Positions 25,868 through 26,941 of a stretch of DNA of 26,941 nt are shown one piece after another. The notes beneath the pieces are model-generated. The model was given only the letters and a program-made list of their open reading frames with translations, was not told the origin of the DNA and searched no databases. Position 1 is the stretch's first letter. Every line of letters starts with the position of its first letter. The translations under genes were made by a program, and so were the position numbers. This DNA comes from a virus. Taxonomy: Duplodnaviria; Caudoviricetes. Location: IMG/VR virus record IMGVR_UViG_3300032292_000478, positions 1-26,941 of that record. One strand, given 5' to 3'.

Positions 25868-26633
25868 CGAACTGATTGACAAAATCACTGAGTATTGGAA
25901 TCGCCAACCCTGCAACATCAACCATAGTTTGGCAGAAGTAGGATCCGAACAGTTTTTTGTGGAGAACTCTCTCAAACGCTATTTCGTAGAACCACATCTC
26001 AAAGACCTGGCCCAGTTCCATCAATATCAAGGCCGGCGTGTGTTGGAGATTGGATGTGGCATGGGCGCTGATGCTGTGGAGTTTGTGCGTCACGGTGCAG
26101 AATATGTGGGCATTGACCTCAGTGCAGAAAGCGTGAACTTAGCCCGCAAACGATTTGAAGTATTTGGCCTCCAAGGCCGATTCTATGTGATGGATGGAGC
26201 CAATGCCTCAGCACTGTCCGAACTGGGCAAGTTTGATTTGGTATACTCTTGTGGAGTGCTACATCATTATCCAGATCTACCACTGGTGATCAACAACATA
26301 TATCGAGCATTGAATCCTGGTGGTGATTTGCGATTCTTAGTATACGCTAAGAACTCCTGGAAGTATGCTATGATCCGAGCTGGATTAGATCAGTTCGAAG
26401 CCCAAGCCGGTTGTCCTTACGCTCAAGCATATACCGCAGAAGAGATACATGAGTTGTTGGTAGGCTATGATATCCTAAATATCAGACAAGCGCATTGTTT
26501 CATGTATAATGTACCCAAGTACAAGCAAGGCATCTATGAGTTAGAGCCTTGGTTTGCAGCCATGTCAGAAGAAATGCGTGAGGCTGTGAAACAAAATCTT
26601 GGTTGGCATTTACTGGTACATGCGAGGAAATAA
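25860..26633 (+). CDS. Class I SAM-dependent methyltransferase
   Basis: VLEIGCGMG, GIDLS, FDLVYSCGVLHH, LNPGG; TTG start. Confidence 0.92.
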   Translation: MNNELIDKITEYWNRQPCNINHSLAEVGSEQFFVENSLKRYFVEPHLKDLAQFHQYQGRRVLEIGCGMGADAVEFVRHGAEYVGIDLSAESVNLARKRFEVFGLQGRFYVMDGANASALSELGKFDLVYSCGVLHHYPDLPLVINNIYRALNPGGDLRFLVYAKNSWKYAMIRAGLDQFEAQAGCPYAQAYTAEEIHELLVGYDILNIRQAHCFMYNVPKYKQGIYELEPWFAAMSEEMREAVKQNLGWHLLVHARK

Positions 26634-26941
26634 TGAGCAAAATCAAAGTAGCAGAACTGTTTTACAGCATACAAGGTGAAGGCAGGTACATGGGTGTGCC
26701 GTCAGTGTTCTTACGCACATTTGGTTGTAACTTTAAATGTGCTGGTTTTGGTATGCCCCAAGGAGAACTCAGCCAAGAAGCCATCAACATTGATCCCGCT
26801 AAGTACAAGACCTATGATGAACTGCCCTTAGTGAGCACAGGCTGTGACAGTTATGCGTCATGGGACCCACGTTTCAAAGACCTTAGCCCATTGATGGACA
26901 CAGACGCCATCGCAGAAGCCATAGTAGATACACTACCACAT
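26633..26941 (+). CDS. queE: 7-carboxy-7-deazaguanine synthase, 3'-truncated by the window and absent from the ORF track
   Basis: Manual translation from ATG 26633 gives MSKIKVAELFYSIQGEGRYMGVPSVFLRTFGCNFKC...GCDSYASW; open to the window end. Confidence 0.93.
   Translation, partial: MSKIKVAELFYSIQGEGRYMGVPSVFLRTFGCNFKCAGFGMPQGELSQEAINIDPAKYKTYDELPLVSTGCDSYASWDPRFKDLSPLMDTDAIAEAIVDTLPH

Noticed and set aside
94-26093. Numerous minus-strand and alternate-frame ORFs in the six-frame track
   Set aside because: They lie within or across well-supported + strand genes and show no recognisable motifs; treated as shadow ORFs.
1-26941. CRISPR array, rRNA/tRNA genes, transposase, reverse transcriptase/DGR, or stop-codon recoding
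   Set aside because: No regularly spaced repeats or relevant motifs were seen, and genes are full length and tightly packed in the standard code.

Overview
A gene-dense segment, all on the + strand, from a large T4-like (gp43/gp45-type) dsDNA phage; a betaproteobacterial host is suggested only by the look of PurE. Bases 1-3.8 kb hold small and mosaic proteins with repeated (I/L/V)-x-E motifs (probable head-packaged, protease-processed proteins) plus a Dps. Bases 3.9-8.7 kb are a replication module: DsbA/GapR-like protein, family B DNA polymerase, methyltransferase-like protein and probable sliding clamp. From 8.9 kb to the end is an extended 7-deazaguanine DNA-modification locus (TGT/DpdA-like, DpdL-like QueD paralogue, FolE, QueD, YhhQ, QueE; no canonical QueC or QueF in the window). 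It is interleaved with tailoring enzymes (GT-B and two GT-A glycosyltransferases, GalE, a short DegT-like aminotransferase, SGNH hydrolase, Rieske oxygenase, PP-loop protein, B12-radical SAM, methyltransferase) and host-like genes (terC-family, purE, peroxiredoxin). The best leads are: (1) a possible sugar-decorated 7-deazaguanine pathway whose transglycosylase has a clamp-binding-like motif; (2) a preQ1-I-like pseudoknot plus an SD-sequestering hairpin upstream of queD; (3) other structured leaders near the polymerase; (4) a 15-bp repeat encoding a GVAE linker at module junctions of a putative head polyprotein. All calls come from motif recognition by eye; no searches or folding programs were run.
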